DNA of 64,000 nucleotides from Methanomassiliicoccales archaeon (GCA_013415695.1 JAAEEP010000004.1:2324-66323), one strand, 5' to 3'; shown: positions 1-9,282, numbered from the stretch's first letter. Numbers and translations are program-made. The notes: a model not told the origin generated them from the sequence alone.

Positions 1-218
1 TTCTCATAGAGCATATAGCTCGTTCCCGTGGCCGTATCGACCTCCTGTTCGATCCAGGCGGTCAGGTTCCCATCGAAATCAAGAACGTCTGGAATATCCC
101 CGGTAGGCACCACGGCACGATCAATGTGATCGTGAGGTTCACAAGCAATAGCAGGTGCAGCCATGAAAGCTGTGAGCGCTAGCATGAAACCAGCGCAAAT
201 TATCAATCCTTTCTTCAT
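1..218 (-). CDS. partial CDS (continues past left edge): signal-peptide / lipoprotein-like protein, N-terminal 72 codons
   Basis: Own translation of the minus strand from the ATG at 218 gives MKKGLIICAGFMLALTAFMAAPAIACEPHDHIDRAVVPTGDIPDV... It has a basic n-region, a hydrophobic core and an AIAC motif. The frame stays open to position 1. It is absent from the ORF track because it is edge-truncated. Confidence 0.45.
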   Translation of the reverse strand, partial: MKKGLIICAGFMLALTAFMAAPAIACEPHDHIDRAVVPTGDIPDVLDFDGNLTAWIEQEVDTATGTSYMLYE

Positions 219-552
219 GCTTGACATTCTATTAACCTCTAATTCAATTATCGATATTCCAATCGGACTTTCTTGTTCATTACCTCCTGCCTGGAGCCTA
301 AGAAATTCTTATCCAGGCCGGATAATATGTATCTCTTGAACTTGGTCTATTCATATCTTTCGATGGCCGACCTACGATACTTCGTCGCTTCACTTTCCTT
401 GGTGGAGAATGAAGTATAAGTGAGACCAAGATACTTAGGATACTGGATTGGGGAAGCGTTGTAATTCTGGAATAATATTTCCCACTTGTAGAAGTCGGTT
501 CATGGGGAAGAAAACTTGAACAAAATGGCCCTTGAGCGGACATGATCTGTTC

Positions 553-2598
553 TTAGCGAGATACATCCTCGATCTTGCCTCTCTTGAGCAAATCCTGGAC
601 AAGGACCGCGAGGTCCATCACGACGATGTCATCCTCTTCCCTTGCGTCTTCTAAGTTCTTCCTGCAGAATGGACAGGCCGTGACCAGATAATCAGCACCT
701 GTGGATTCAGCGGAATCAAGACGTTTTCGTGCGATCGCACAAGCAAGGTCTGGATGAGCCTTCTTCACTCCCGAGCCGGCGCCGCAGCAAATGCCCCTTT
801 CCTTGATGAACTCCATCTCCCGCAACTCAAGGCCTGGAATCGATCGCAGCACCTTCCGTGGGGCTTCATACTCCCCACGGTGCCGCCCCAGGTCACAAGG
901 GTCGTGATACGTGACAGAAATATCCTCACCTTCCAGCTCGATCGTTCCGTCCTCGATGAGATTGGACAACGTCTGGGAGATATGCTCCACCTCGATGTCG
1001 AAGTCATCGATGAACTCGCGGTACGAGGATATTGCGTTGAAGCATCCTGGACAGCTGGTGATTATCTTCCTGACACCTCTTGATTTCCACAGCTCCCAGT
1101 TCTTTCTGGCCGTTTCCTCGAAGAGATCCTCCGCCCCAAGCTTGGGTACGGGGGACCCGCAGCACCACTCATCTTCGCCCAAATAGGCCACATCGACTCC
1201 AGCCTTTCTCAGAATATCAATGGTAGCCAAGAGAATGTCGTTGGCATGGTATGAGGAATAGCAACCTGCGAAATAGAGGACTTCCCCGCTCTTTGGTAGA
1301 TCCAGGTCCGAAGCCCATTCCTTCCTTCTGTTCTGTGGTTCGGCCCATGGATTACCGTTGTTTGATATGTTCCCTATCAACTCCTCGTGTCCAGATAGCG
1401 GTAGAACGCCGTTTTCATTGGCCCTCTTCCTAAGAGATCTCATCATCCTAGGCGTATCGACCTTTACCGGACAGATCTCTTTGCACAAACCGCAGTTCGT
1501 GCAGAAGGTCAATCCGCCCTCCACGCCCTCCTCCAGGCCGTCAAGCTCGGCCGAGAAGCAAACCCCTCTGCCGCCAAGGTAGGCGTGTCCCCCAAAATCA
1601 CTGCCCATGATGTCATACACAGGGCACTGGAGCAGGCAGGCACCGCAGTTGATGCAGTACATGACCTCCCTGTCCTCTATGATCGAACGACCACTATCGA
1701 CTAGGATCAACACTATCTCCTTGGGGCCGTGCATTCCGTAGAACAGCTGCTTCTCTATGTCGGCCGTCCTGCTTGGGGCGGCGATCACATCCACGAAGGA
1801 GCTGGTGAGGCTGGCCGTCCCGTAGAAGACCTGCAGCTTCACCAGGTTCATCGCCTCCACTAGGTTTGGAACCACCTTCTCCATTGCGGAGACCACTATA
1901 TGTTTGGTTGGCCTTCGGGCGCAAAGGGAGATGTTGCCCTCGTTGTGAACGATGACCATCGCCCCCTCCTCCGCGGCGATGAAGTTCGCCCCGGTAAGGC
2001 CGATCTTAGCTCGGGAAATGTAATCGGCTATCTCCTCCCGGATGGCCATTGTGAGGGATTTCGGGTCTGGATCTACCTTTTTACCCAGGTGATTCTCGAG
2101 GATGGAGGCGACCTCGTATCGAGTGAAATTGGCCGCGGGACCGGTGGGGTGGACTGGCTTCTGTCCTGAGAGCTGGACTATCCTGTCGCCTGCATCGGTC
2201 TCGATTACCTCGATCCCCATGCTCTCGAGGTAGGGCGTGAGGCCGATCTCCTTGGTCACATTCGACTTTGACTTCACCAGGAGGGTCTCGCCTTCCAGCT
2301 CCTCGAGGACCAGCTCTCTTGCTTCCTGGGCATCCCTTGCCACGATCACCCTTATGCCGTTCTCCTCGAGTCGCTCTATCGCCTTTTTGACATAGGAGGG
2401 ATCGTTCATGCACAGCTCCCTGGCTCTCCTGGCCATCTCCTTGCGTTGCTCCAATCCCTCGATCATTGGAGCGATTCGTTCCTGGTTCAAAACATCGTTC
2501 CTGAAGGCGGATCTCATTCCTTCGAAATAGGAAGGGTTCTCAATGGCCTTGAGAACCTTCTTTCTGAGGCGCCCTTCTAAATCGGCTGAGTCGTTCAT
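553..2598 (-). CDS. LUD-domain + 2x[4Fe-4S] + double CCG-domain iron-sulfur oxidoreductase (LutB-LutA-like / HdrD-GlpC-like fusion)
   Basis: 681-aa ORF. The N-terminal region is LUD/DUF162-like (IGLTGANFIAAEEGAMVIVHNEGN). Ferredoxin motifs CINCGACLLQCP and CTNCGLCKEICP follow, then two CCG-type cysteine-rich repeats (WCCGSP...SCPGC and ICCGAGSG...ACPFC). Confidence 0.8.
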   Translation of the reverse strand: MNDSADLEGRLRKKVLKAIENPSYFEGMRSAFRNDVLNQERIAPMIEGLEQRKEMARRARELCMNDPSYVKKAIERLEENGIRVIVARDAQEARELVLEELEGETLLVKSKSNVTKEIGLTPYLESMGIEVIETDAGDRIVQLSGQKPVHPTGPAANFTRYEVASILENHLGKKVDPDPKSLTMAIREEIADYISRAKIGLTGANFIAAEEGAMVIVHNEGNISLCARRPTKHIVVSAMEKVVPNLVEAMNLVKLQVFYGTASLTSSFVDVIAAPSRTADIEKQLFYGMHGPKEIVLILVDSGRSIIEDREVMYCINCGACLLQCPVYDIMGSDFGGHAYLGGRGVCFSAELDGLEEGVEGGLTFCTNCGLCKEICPVKVDTPRMMRSLRKRANENGVLPLSGHEELIGNISNNGNPWAEPQNRRKEWASDLDLPKSGEVLYFAGCYSSYHANDILLATIDILRKAGVDVAYLGEDEWCCGSPVPKLGAEDLFEETARKNWELWKSRGVRKIITSCPGCFNAISSYREFIDDFDIEVEHISQTLSNLIEDGTIELEGEDISVTYHDPCDLGRHRGEYEAPRKVLRSIPGLELREMEFIKERGICCGAGSGVKKAHPDLACAIARKRLDSAESTGADYLVTACPFCRKNLEDAREEDDIVVMDLAVLVQDLLKRGKIEDVSR

Positions 2599-2748
2599 GT
2601 GACATCACACAACAAGTTTATGGCAGAGCTTCATAGACACTTAGATTTACAAATTAATTATGGAGATATGAGACAAGCGACTTTGGAGATTGAATCGAGG
2701 ATTAAAAGCTTGGATATACACAGATTCTGATTACCATATTGTGAAGAT

Positions 2749-3357
2749 ATGGACATACAAGTGCTGATCTATGATAAATTCTGCGATTTCGAGGTGACCG
2801 TGGCGCTATCCTGGATGAACAAGCAGAATATTGTCACGATTGGGTTGGAGGATAGGAAGTTCATCAGCGAATCTAAGTTCACGGTCACACCCGACCTCAC
2901 CATATCAGAGGCCATTCCAGGTGATGCAGACCTCCTAATAATACCGGGAGGGACTCCTGGGAAATATATTAAGAGTATCGATGGCGAGAATGTGGAGCTG
3001 TTATTCCATCACATCAGATCATTGGACAGGAAAGGAAAACTTCTAGGAGCCATATGTGGGGGACCGGAGTTCCTCGCACTTGCAGGGGTGCTGAAAGGGA
3101 AGAGGATAACCCATGGCTTAGATGATCAATCGCACCCCTCCTTCGATGGAGCTATCTATGTTGATGAGCCCTTGGTGGTGGATGGAAATATCATAACGGC
3201 CAAAGGTAACGCCTTCATCGAGTTTGGACTAGTACTAATGGACCTATTGGATCTTTTTGAATCCGAGGAGGAGCGTCAGAACGACATCGATTGGCTGCTC
3301 CAGAGCGGGAACCTAGGGATCTCTTCCCGCCCGCACACCGTTGGCGACCGCGATTAA
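2749..3357 (+). CDS. DJ-1/PfpI family protein (class I glutamine amidotransferase-like fold)
   Basis: 202-aa ORF with LLIIPGG and the nucleophile-elbow motif AICGGPEFLALAG. The C-terminal tail overlaps the convergent ATPase gene. Confidence 0.75.
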   Translation: MDIQVLIYDKFCDFEVTVALSWMNKQNIVTIGLEDRKFISESKFTVTPDLTISEAIPGDADLLIIPGGTPGKYIKSIDGENVELLFHHIRSLDRKGKLLGAICGGPEFLALAGVLKGKRITHGLDDQSHPSFDGAIYVDEPLVVDGNIITAKGNAFIEFGLVLMDLLDLFESEEERQNDIDWLLQSGNLGISSRPHTVGDRD

Positions 3358-5253
3358 CTCGGAAGCCTCGTGGAAGATGACGGCGGTCGCCACAGAGAGA
3401 ACTCCCAGTAGCGCTGAGGGGATCAGGATGGCCAGCACGATTATCGAGAATGCTATGTTCTGCCTGCCTATGATGCGGGCCCTCCTTCCCATCCTCACCG
3501 CGTATGGTACCCTGGATATGTCATCGGACATCAGCGCCACGTCCGAGGCTTGGATGGCGGCATCGGTACCCGCCGCTCCCATGGCTATCCCCACTGATGA
3601 CTCCGCTAGGGCTGGAGCGTCGTTGATGCCATCGCCCACCATTGCCACGATGCCGCATTCCTCCTTCAGCTCTCTGATGGCCTCTATCTTTTGCTCGGGT
3701 GTCAGCTCAGCCCTCACAACATCGATCCCCACCATATCGGCAATGGAGGATGCCGCGATGCGGTTGTCTCCTGTGAGCATCACCGTTCTTATGCCCAGCA
3801 CATTCAGCTCCTCGACCGCGGACCTGCAGTCCGTTCTCGGCTCGTCCCGGAAGGCGATGATTCCGAGAACATTCTTTGCAGTCCCGACCAGGACGGCTGC
3901 CTTTCCCTCTCTCTCCAAGGAATCGAGTATCTGAGGGTCGGGCAAGGGGGTTTCCATCTCGTTGAATATGGAAGGCTGCCCGACATAGATCTCGTCACTT
4001 CCTATGGACGCCCTGACTCCAAACCCTATCAGAGAGACGTGGTCGGAGCCTTCCAACAGTTCCACCTTGTCGAGTCTGGCCCGCTCGAGAAGGGCTCTTG
4101 CCAGAGGGTGCTGGGACCTCCGCTCGGCACTGGCAGCCAGCTGAAGCACCTCCCGCTCCTCCCTCGAGATCGGCACCACATCGGTCACCATCGGATAACC
4201 GGTGGTGATGGTCCCGGTCTTGTCGAACGCGACGCAGCTCACCTTTCCAAGGTTCTCCAGGTGCACCCCTCCCTTGATGAGCACACCGCTTCTCCCAGAA
4301 CGGCCGATTCCCGCGGCGATGGCCACCGGGGTGGACATGACCAGTGCGCATGGCGCAGAGGCCACCAGGAATATCACGGACCTCTCCACCCAATCGTCGA
4401 TCTCCCAACCCAGCATGAAGGGGAAAACGACCAAAAGACCTGCGATTAGAAGGATGAGAGGGGTGTACACCCTCCCGAAGCGTTCGATGAACTGCTGGGA
4501 CCTGCCCTTGACCTCCTGGGCCTCCTCGACAAGATGGATGATGCGGGAGATGGTGTTGTCCTCGAACTCCCTGGTCACCCTGACCTCGATGGATCCTTCC
4601 TGGTTCACGGTTCCAGCGAAGACCTCCTGACCCTCGCCCTTCTGGACCGGGATGGACTCGCCAGTCACTGGAGACTCGTTGATGCTGGTCCTCCCGTTGA
4701 CTATGATCCCGTCGGAGACCAGGTACTCTCCCGGTAGTATCACCACGATGTCGCCGACATGGAGCTCCTCCGCCGGAACCTCCCTCTCCCTGCCACCATC
4801 CAGAACCGTCGCGGTCCTGGGGACCAGATCGAGCAGGTCCCTTATCGATTCCCTGGTCCTGGTGTAGGTGGCCTCCTCCACTCCCTCGGCCGCACCGTAC
4901 AGGACGGCCAGGAAGGCGGCCTCCTCCCAGAGCCCTACGGCCGCGGAACCGATGAGGGCGAACAGCATCAGGATCCCGATGTTCACTCTCCTCTCCTCGA
5001 TCAGGACCTCGAACGCCTCCCAGCCCCAATGATAACCGCCCAGGAGCATAGAGACGATGTAGGGTGGGATGGTCACCCAAGAGGGAATATCGGTCAGAAG
5101 ATGAATTGTGAACGTCACCGCGGCGATGACTCCCCCCATGAGGGGGTACCTGATGATGGGGTAGGATATCCATTCCAACCTCTTGTGACCGGGGGAAGCA
5201 TGCCTCTGATCCTCGGATCCAGTGACCATATCAGTCTGATAAATGACACGCAT
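3313..5253 (-). CDS. heavy-metal translocating P-type ATPase (P1B family), no N-terminal CxxC metal-binding domain
   Basis: 646-aa ORF with TGES, DKTGTIT, TGDN and GDGINDAPAL. The transmembrane metal motif reads SAPCALVMSTP. The start could instead be the internal Met at 5229. Confidence 0.9.
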   Translation of the reverse strand: MRVIYQTDMVTGSEDQRHASPGHKRLEWISYPIIRYPLMGGVIAAVTFTIHLLTDIPSWVTIPPYIVSMLLGGYHWGWEAFEVLIEERRVNIGILMLFALIGSAAVGLWEEAAFLAVLYGAAEGVEEATYTRTRESIRDLLDLVPRTATVLDGGREREVPAEELHVGDIVVILPGEYLVSDGIIVNGRTSINESPVTGESIPVQKGEGQEVFAGTVNQEGSIEVRVTREFEDNTISRIIHLVEEAQEVKGRSQQFIERFGRVYTPLILLIAGLLVVFPFMLGWEIDDWVERSVIFLVASAPCALVMSTPVAIAAGIGRSGRSGVLIKGGVHLENLGKVSCVAFDKTGTITTGYPMVTDVVPISREEREVLQLAASAERRSQHPLARALLERARLDKVELLEGSDHVSLIGFGVRASIGSDEIYVGQPSIFNEMETPLPDPQILDSLEREGKAAVLVGTAKNVLGIIAFRDEPRTDCRSAVEELNVLGIRTVMLTGDNRIAASSIADMVGIDVVRAELTPEQKIEAIRELKEECGIVAMVGDGINDAPALAESSVGIAMGAAGTDAAIQASDVALMSDDISRVPYAVRMGRRARIIGRQNIAFSIIVLAILIPSALLGVLSVATAVIFHEASELIAVANGVRAGRDP

Positions 5254-5435
5254 CTCTATTGATGCTTGCTACGATCATACCGCGACCCTGGTTCCATAGG
5301 AAAATGGCATCCAGGCATCTGCCGATTCGGTCATTGCTGGTGGATTCACCACAAGTATCAGACCGGAGAATGGAGCCGTTCATACGGAGGATTATGATCG
5401 GGCACTCGGGAAGATCCACCAGGTACCTTTGCAGT

Positions 5436-6956
5436 CTAGGATGACCTGTCGAACGGTGCCGGCGCCCTTCGCCTGTCCCAGATGCCCAGCAGCCTGCGGT
5501 TGCCCCACAGGCTGTTCACCTCTGATATCGCTATCGCCCCCTCGTAGATGTCTATCAGGTTGAACGAGTTACCGAACAGGCTCCTCTGATAGGGGCTGCT
5601 CAGTGAGTTAGCGTTTACCACTATGGCATCGTTGACCATGGCGGCGTTGGCATGCGAGGACGTCCCCGTCAGAACGAGATCGACCCCGGAATCGACCAAT
5701 GTCTTGAGGACATCCCCGCTGTCCTCCAGCAAACCCTTCTCCCTGCTGTGAGGCACTGGCAACACATTATGGTGCAAGAACACGACCTTGGTCCGCTCCT
5801 TTGCCTTATTCAACCTCTCCTCCAGGTTCCTTCGCTCGAAGGCCCCAATCGACCCCGAAAGGGAGTCGTACTGAGGGGAGTACAGACCAAGGAAAAGAAT
5901 CTCCCCGTTGGAGAACTCCTGCTCGAAGGGTCCAAAATAAGTCTGGAACAGATGGTATCCGAGGTAGTTGATGTCCCTTCCTGCGGGTGAGAATACGATC
6001 GGGATCTCACACTCCGAGAACAGCTCGAATGCCTTGTCGTAATAGAGGGGGATGCCCTCCCGCACGATGCCGCCGCAGTGCACTATGATATCTGGCGATA
6101 GCTCGCATATCTTGGCCATTGCATTCTTGAACTGGACCTCGAGGAAGGCGTTGGTGTCTGAGATGAAGGTATTGGACATGTGTACTACCCTGAACACCCT
6201 CTTCCCGAAGTAGGAGTACACCCTCTTATCCTTCCTTGGCAAGGAGGCGATCTCGTCCCTCCTTCCAATCCTCCGGGTAACTATCCTCTGCCCATCCTCG
6301 CCAACCTCTATGATGTTCATCGAGTTGACATCCCCGTAACGTGTCTTGGTACCGGACACTGTACCGGCGTTGATGAACACCGTGTTCTCTATCCTGTAGA
6401 GATTGGGATAATGTCGATGCCCTGACAGCACGAGGTCCACATCGCCCTTGATGACCAGATCCAGGATGTCCCCCGCGTTCAGCAGTATATTCCTCTCCCT
6501 TCCACTGAGAGGTACTGGAATGATATGATGGTGCATGGCCAGGACCTTTACGCGCTTGTCGCTGTACTCGTTCAGGGCGTCCTTTATCATGTTGAATTTG
6601 ACCATCCCCACCCTGCCCTCGTTACCGTCCTCGAAGGCGCTGTTGACATAGATTATTAAAGCATCCCCGATCTCTCGGATCCCGTTGGGTGGGCCGATAT
6701 ACTTCTCGAAAAGTTCCAGGCCCCCCGCTCTAGCGTCGTGATTGCCTGGCATGAATATGACGGGAGTCTTCAGACCCGAGAACAGATCCCTCGCTTTCTC
6801 ATACTCACTCAGCATCCCGGTTTGGGTGACATCGCCTGTATGTATTACGACGTCGAAATCCCCATTCATGATCTCCTCGATGATCGTCACCAAAGAGGGC
6901 TCGTTGAAGTGGGCCTCGGAGCCCACGTGGGTGTCCGAGATATGAAGGATGCGCAT
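5436..6956 (-). CDS. tandem-domain calcineurin-like metallophosphoesterase (second domain degenerate)
   Basis: 506 aa. Domain 1 has the full motif set: ISDTH, TGD, GNHD, MHHH, SGHRH. Domain 2 aligns to domain 1 but reads MSNTF, CGG, AGRD, LHHN, GTSSH. Confidence 0.85.
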   Translation of the reverse strand: MRILHISDTHVGSEAHFNEPSLVTIIEEIMNGDFDVVIHTGDVTQTGMLSEYEKARDLFSGLKTPVIFMPGNHDARAGGLELFEKYIGPPNGIREIGDALIIYVNSAFEDGNEGRVGMVKFNMIKDALNEYSDKRVKVLAMHHHIIPVPLSGRERNILLNAGDILDLVIKGDVDLVLSGHRHYPNLYRIENTVFINAGTVSGTKTRYGDVNSMNIIEVGEDGQRIVTRRIGRRDEIASLPRKDKRVYSYFGKRVFRVVHMSNTFISDTNAFLEVQFKNAMAKICELSPDIIVHCGGIVREGIPLYYDKAFELFSECEIPIVFSPAGRDINYLGYHLFQTYFGPFEQEFSNGEILFLGLYSPQYDSLSGSIGAFERRNLEERLNKAKERTKVVFLHHNVLPVPHSREKGLLEDSGDVLKTLVDSGVDLVLTGTSSHANAAMVNDAIVVNANSLSSPYQRSLFGNSFNLIDIYEGAIAISEVNSLWGNRRLLGIWDRRRAPAPFDRSS

Positions 6957-6961
6957 GATCT

Positions 6962-7411
6962 CTACTCCCTAGAGATGAATGTCTCGATCTTCTGCCTGCT
7001 AATGTCCTCAAGGTCTCGTAGGGTAACTATGCCCTCGACCTCTCCGTCATTGGTCACCACCAGCCTGGTCACCCTCTTCCGGGACATTGTGTCCAATGCT
7101 TCCCTCACAGTGGTGTTGATGTCCACAGATATCGGATCGGGGGTCATGATTTCTTCCACCGGGGCATCCATGGTAACTCCATCCGCAACTGCTCGCTTAA
7201 TGTCAGAGTCGGTCATGAAGCCCACGATCTTTCCATCCCTGGTTATCACCAAGAAGCTGATGTCGAACTCGACCATCCTCTGTACCCCCACCCTGATTGG
7301 AGTTCCGGCTATTACCCCAATGAGCCTCTTGGTCACCATGTTCCTTATCGGCTCGTTCATCATCTTTCCCATCGAATGGCTGTGTAGCATTTCACCAAAC
7401 CTCCCTGGCAT
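6962..7411 (-). CDS. CBS-domain pair protein
   Basis: 149 aa with two CBS-like repeats (FLVITRDGKIVGFMTDSDI and RLVVTNDGEVEGIVTLRDL). It ends 5 nt upstream of the phosphoesterase start. The exact start is uncertain because several N-terminal Met codons exist. Confidence 0.8.
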   Translation of the reverse strand: MPGRFGEMLHSHSMGKMMNEPIRNMVTKRLIGVIAGTPIRVGVQRMVEFDISFLVITRDGKIVGFMTDSDIKRAVADGVTMDAPVEEIMTPDPISVDINTTVREALDTMSRKRVTRLVVTNDGEVEGIVTLRDLEDISRQKIETFISRE

Positions 7412-8067
7412 GCAGAATCTTGAGGTTCATTTCTGATCATTCCCTTATTTCATTTATTGAATGCACATCCAGGCGATAAAATGTTGTGTGATGAATCAGA
7501 ATCAAGTACCTTTGCTAGGAAGTGCGATAAGCGATCAGAACGGAATCCAGTCAGGATTCGGTCGCGTTCATCAAGAACAGCATGGTGAAGCTTCTAGGCG
7601 TCAGGACCAAGTGGAGTATTCCAGCCTCCAACTTGGTGGGAGTGCTCCACGGACTCATGATCGCTCTGTCATTAACCACATGGATCACCGCGCGGATCAT
7701 CATGGATCATACGGCCTAAGATCTGATGTCTCAAGGGTAAGAACCAGTGGCCTTCGGCCTCCTCGATAATGTGTTCCAGGCATCCGCGGACATGAGGTGA
7801 CAAGCGTGTTGATCCTCTCAGAGATCGTCCTTCACGCTCTCTTCTCCGCCTCATAATCACCGAGCTCAGGAGGAGATATATGATGAGTTTCTACATTTCG
7901 TGGCATCGACCTGGATTGCGTCCCTTTTCTCTGACATCTTTGCGGTCTTCGTGAGCGGTTCATTCTGAAATTGATCAGTCAGTATCAGAGGCTGGCATCC
8001 CTCCGAATATTTTTTATTGATGACGATTACTTATATCTCGTACTGCATCTTGATGAGAGGTTTCATC

Positions 8068-9201
8068 ATGAGGTATTGTCCATCATGCGGTTCCGCAAAC
8101 GAGGATTGGGCTATTTTCTGCATCACCTGCGGGAACGGCCTGCAGACATACCAACAAACTTACGAACCTCAGGAGACCCAGGAAACATATACCGCCTACC
8201 CAGAAATACCTCCTCAAGCACCTTCACCATACGCACCTCCGAGAAGAAAGAGGACAGGAGCTGCTTTCGGGGCGATCCTCATTGCTGCAATATTGATCAT
8301 CGCCGCTGTGGTGATATTCCTTCCAGATATTCCATTTGGAAATGGAGTTCCCACTCTGATCAACCCAGCCGATGGGGCGACGGTTGACAGCCACTACCCA
8401 ACCTTCACCTGGACAGCGGTCTCAAAGGCCCAGGGGTACGAGATCGCCATTTTGGAGGAAGGTGACATCCTAGTTATTGGCGGGGAGTTGCTATCCAACA
8501 GCTTCGATTCCATCTCATACATCGAGGATGGGATCTATGAATGGTCGGTCCGGGCAAAGGTTGGTGATAGCTGGTCGGACTGGTCCGAGACATGTGTATT
8601 CTTCGTGGGCACCTCTACCCTGAATAGACACTACGAGTGGCAATTTGAAGGGCGCTCCTGGACATGGGACATGATGATACCGGCCAGTCAATATTACTAC
8701 TATAAGGACCAAGTTCGAACCTATGACTACGCGTCGTACATGACCGAGGACAATGATTACATCGAATCTCTTGCCCAGGAATTGAAGGACTGCGCGGACA
8801 ACGAGGGGTGGTCCTCATTTCAGCTGGTGAGCTTCACCCTTGCCTTCGTTCAGAGCCTGGAGTACACCTCTGACAGCGTAACCACTGGATATGATGAATA
8901 TCCAAGGTATCCCATCGAAACCCTTGTGGACGAAGGGGGAGACTGCGAAGACACCAGCGTGCTTTTCGCAACGCTCATCCAGGCCGATCCCATTAACACA
9001 GATGCCGTGCTGTTGATATTGCCGGCGAATAATCCAGAGCATATGGCTGCGGGCGTTGCGGGGGGAAATGGCATTCAGGGCGCCTACTACGAGTACGACG
9101 GACGAAACTATTATTACTGTGAGACCACTGGAGAAGGATGGATGGTTGGAGACATCCCGGATGACTATCAGTATGTGACCGTGCAGATCATTCAGGTTTG
9201 A
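8068..9201 (+). CDS. zinc-ribbon / single-TM / extracellular transglutaminase-like (papain-fold) domain protein
   Basis: The ORF track starts at 8017, but MRYCPSCG at 8068 is the more plausible start. Zinc ribbon: CPSCG...CITCG. TM segment: AAFGAILIAAILIIAAVVIF. A beta-rich module follows (YPTFTWTAVSKAQGYEI). The Cys/His/acid signature reads GGDCEDTSVLFATLI, EHMAAGV, YCETTG. Confidence 0.65.
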   Translation: MRYCPSCGSANEDWAIFCITCGNGLQTYQQTYEPQETQETYTAYPEIPPQAPSPYAPPRRKRTGAAFGAILIAAILIIAAVVIFLPDIPFGNGVPTLINPADGATVDSHYPTFTWTAVSKAQGYEIAILEEGDILVIGGELLSNSFDSISYIEDGIYEWSVRAKVGDSWSDWSETCVFFVGTSTLNRHYEWQFEGRSWTWDMMIPASQYYYYKDQVRTYDYASYMTEDNDYIESLAQELKDCADNEGWSSFQLVSFTLAFVQSLEYTSDSVTTGYDEYPRYPIETLVDEGGDCEDTSVLFATLIQADPINTDAVLLILPANNPEHMAAGVAGGNGIQGAYYEYDGRNYYYCETTGEGWMVGDIPDDYQYVTVQIIQV

Positions 9202-9282
9202 TTTTCAGGGAACGAGTGAAGAATCCAGCCGTCTTCGCAAAACAATCATATGGAGAACAGGAATGAGAATTGAACAGGAGGA

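Noticed and set aside
298-543. An 81-aa minus-strand ORF in the spacer between the edge lipoprotein gene and the LUD/CCG gene.
   Set aside because: It has no recognisable motif and an odd composition. It sits where the terminator and promoter region of the neighbouring minus-strand genes is expected.
3995-5173. A 392-aa minus-strand ORF, plus 3341..3934, 3691..4449 and 4759..5262 on the plus strand, all inside the P-type ATPase locus.
   Set aside because: These are alternative-frame or antisense shadow ORFs of a gene with unambiguous P-type ATPase motifs. Their translations are Arg/Gly/Pro/His-rich low-complexity strings with no motifs.
7488-7494. A perfect C-box-like GTGATGA, suggesting a C/D box sRNA. 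A second candidate, ATGATGG, lies near 44692.
   Set aside because: There is no CTGA D or D' box at the required ~12-nt guide spacing, and no C'/D pair or terminal stem.
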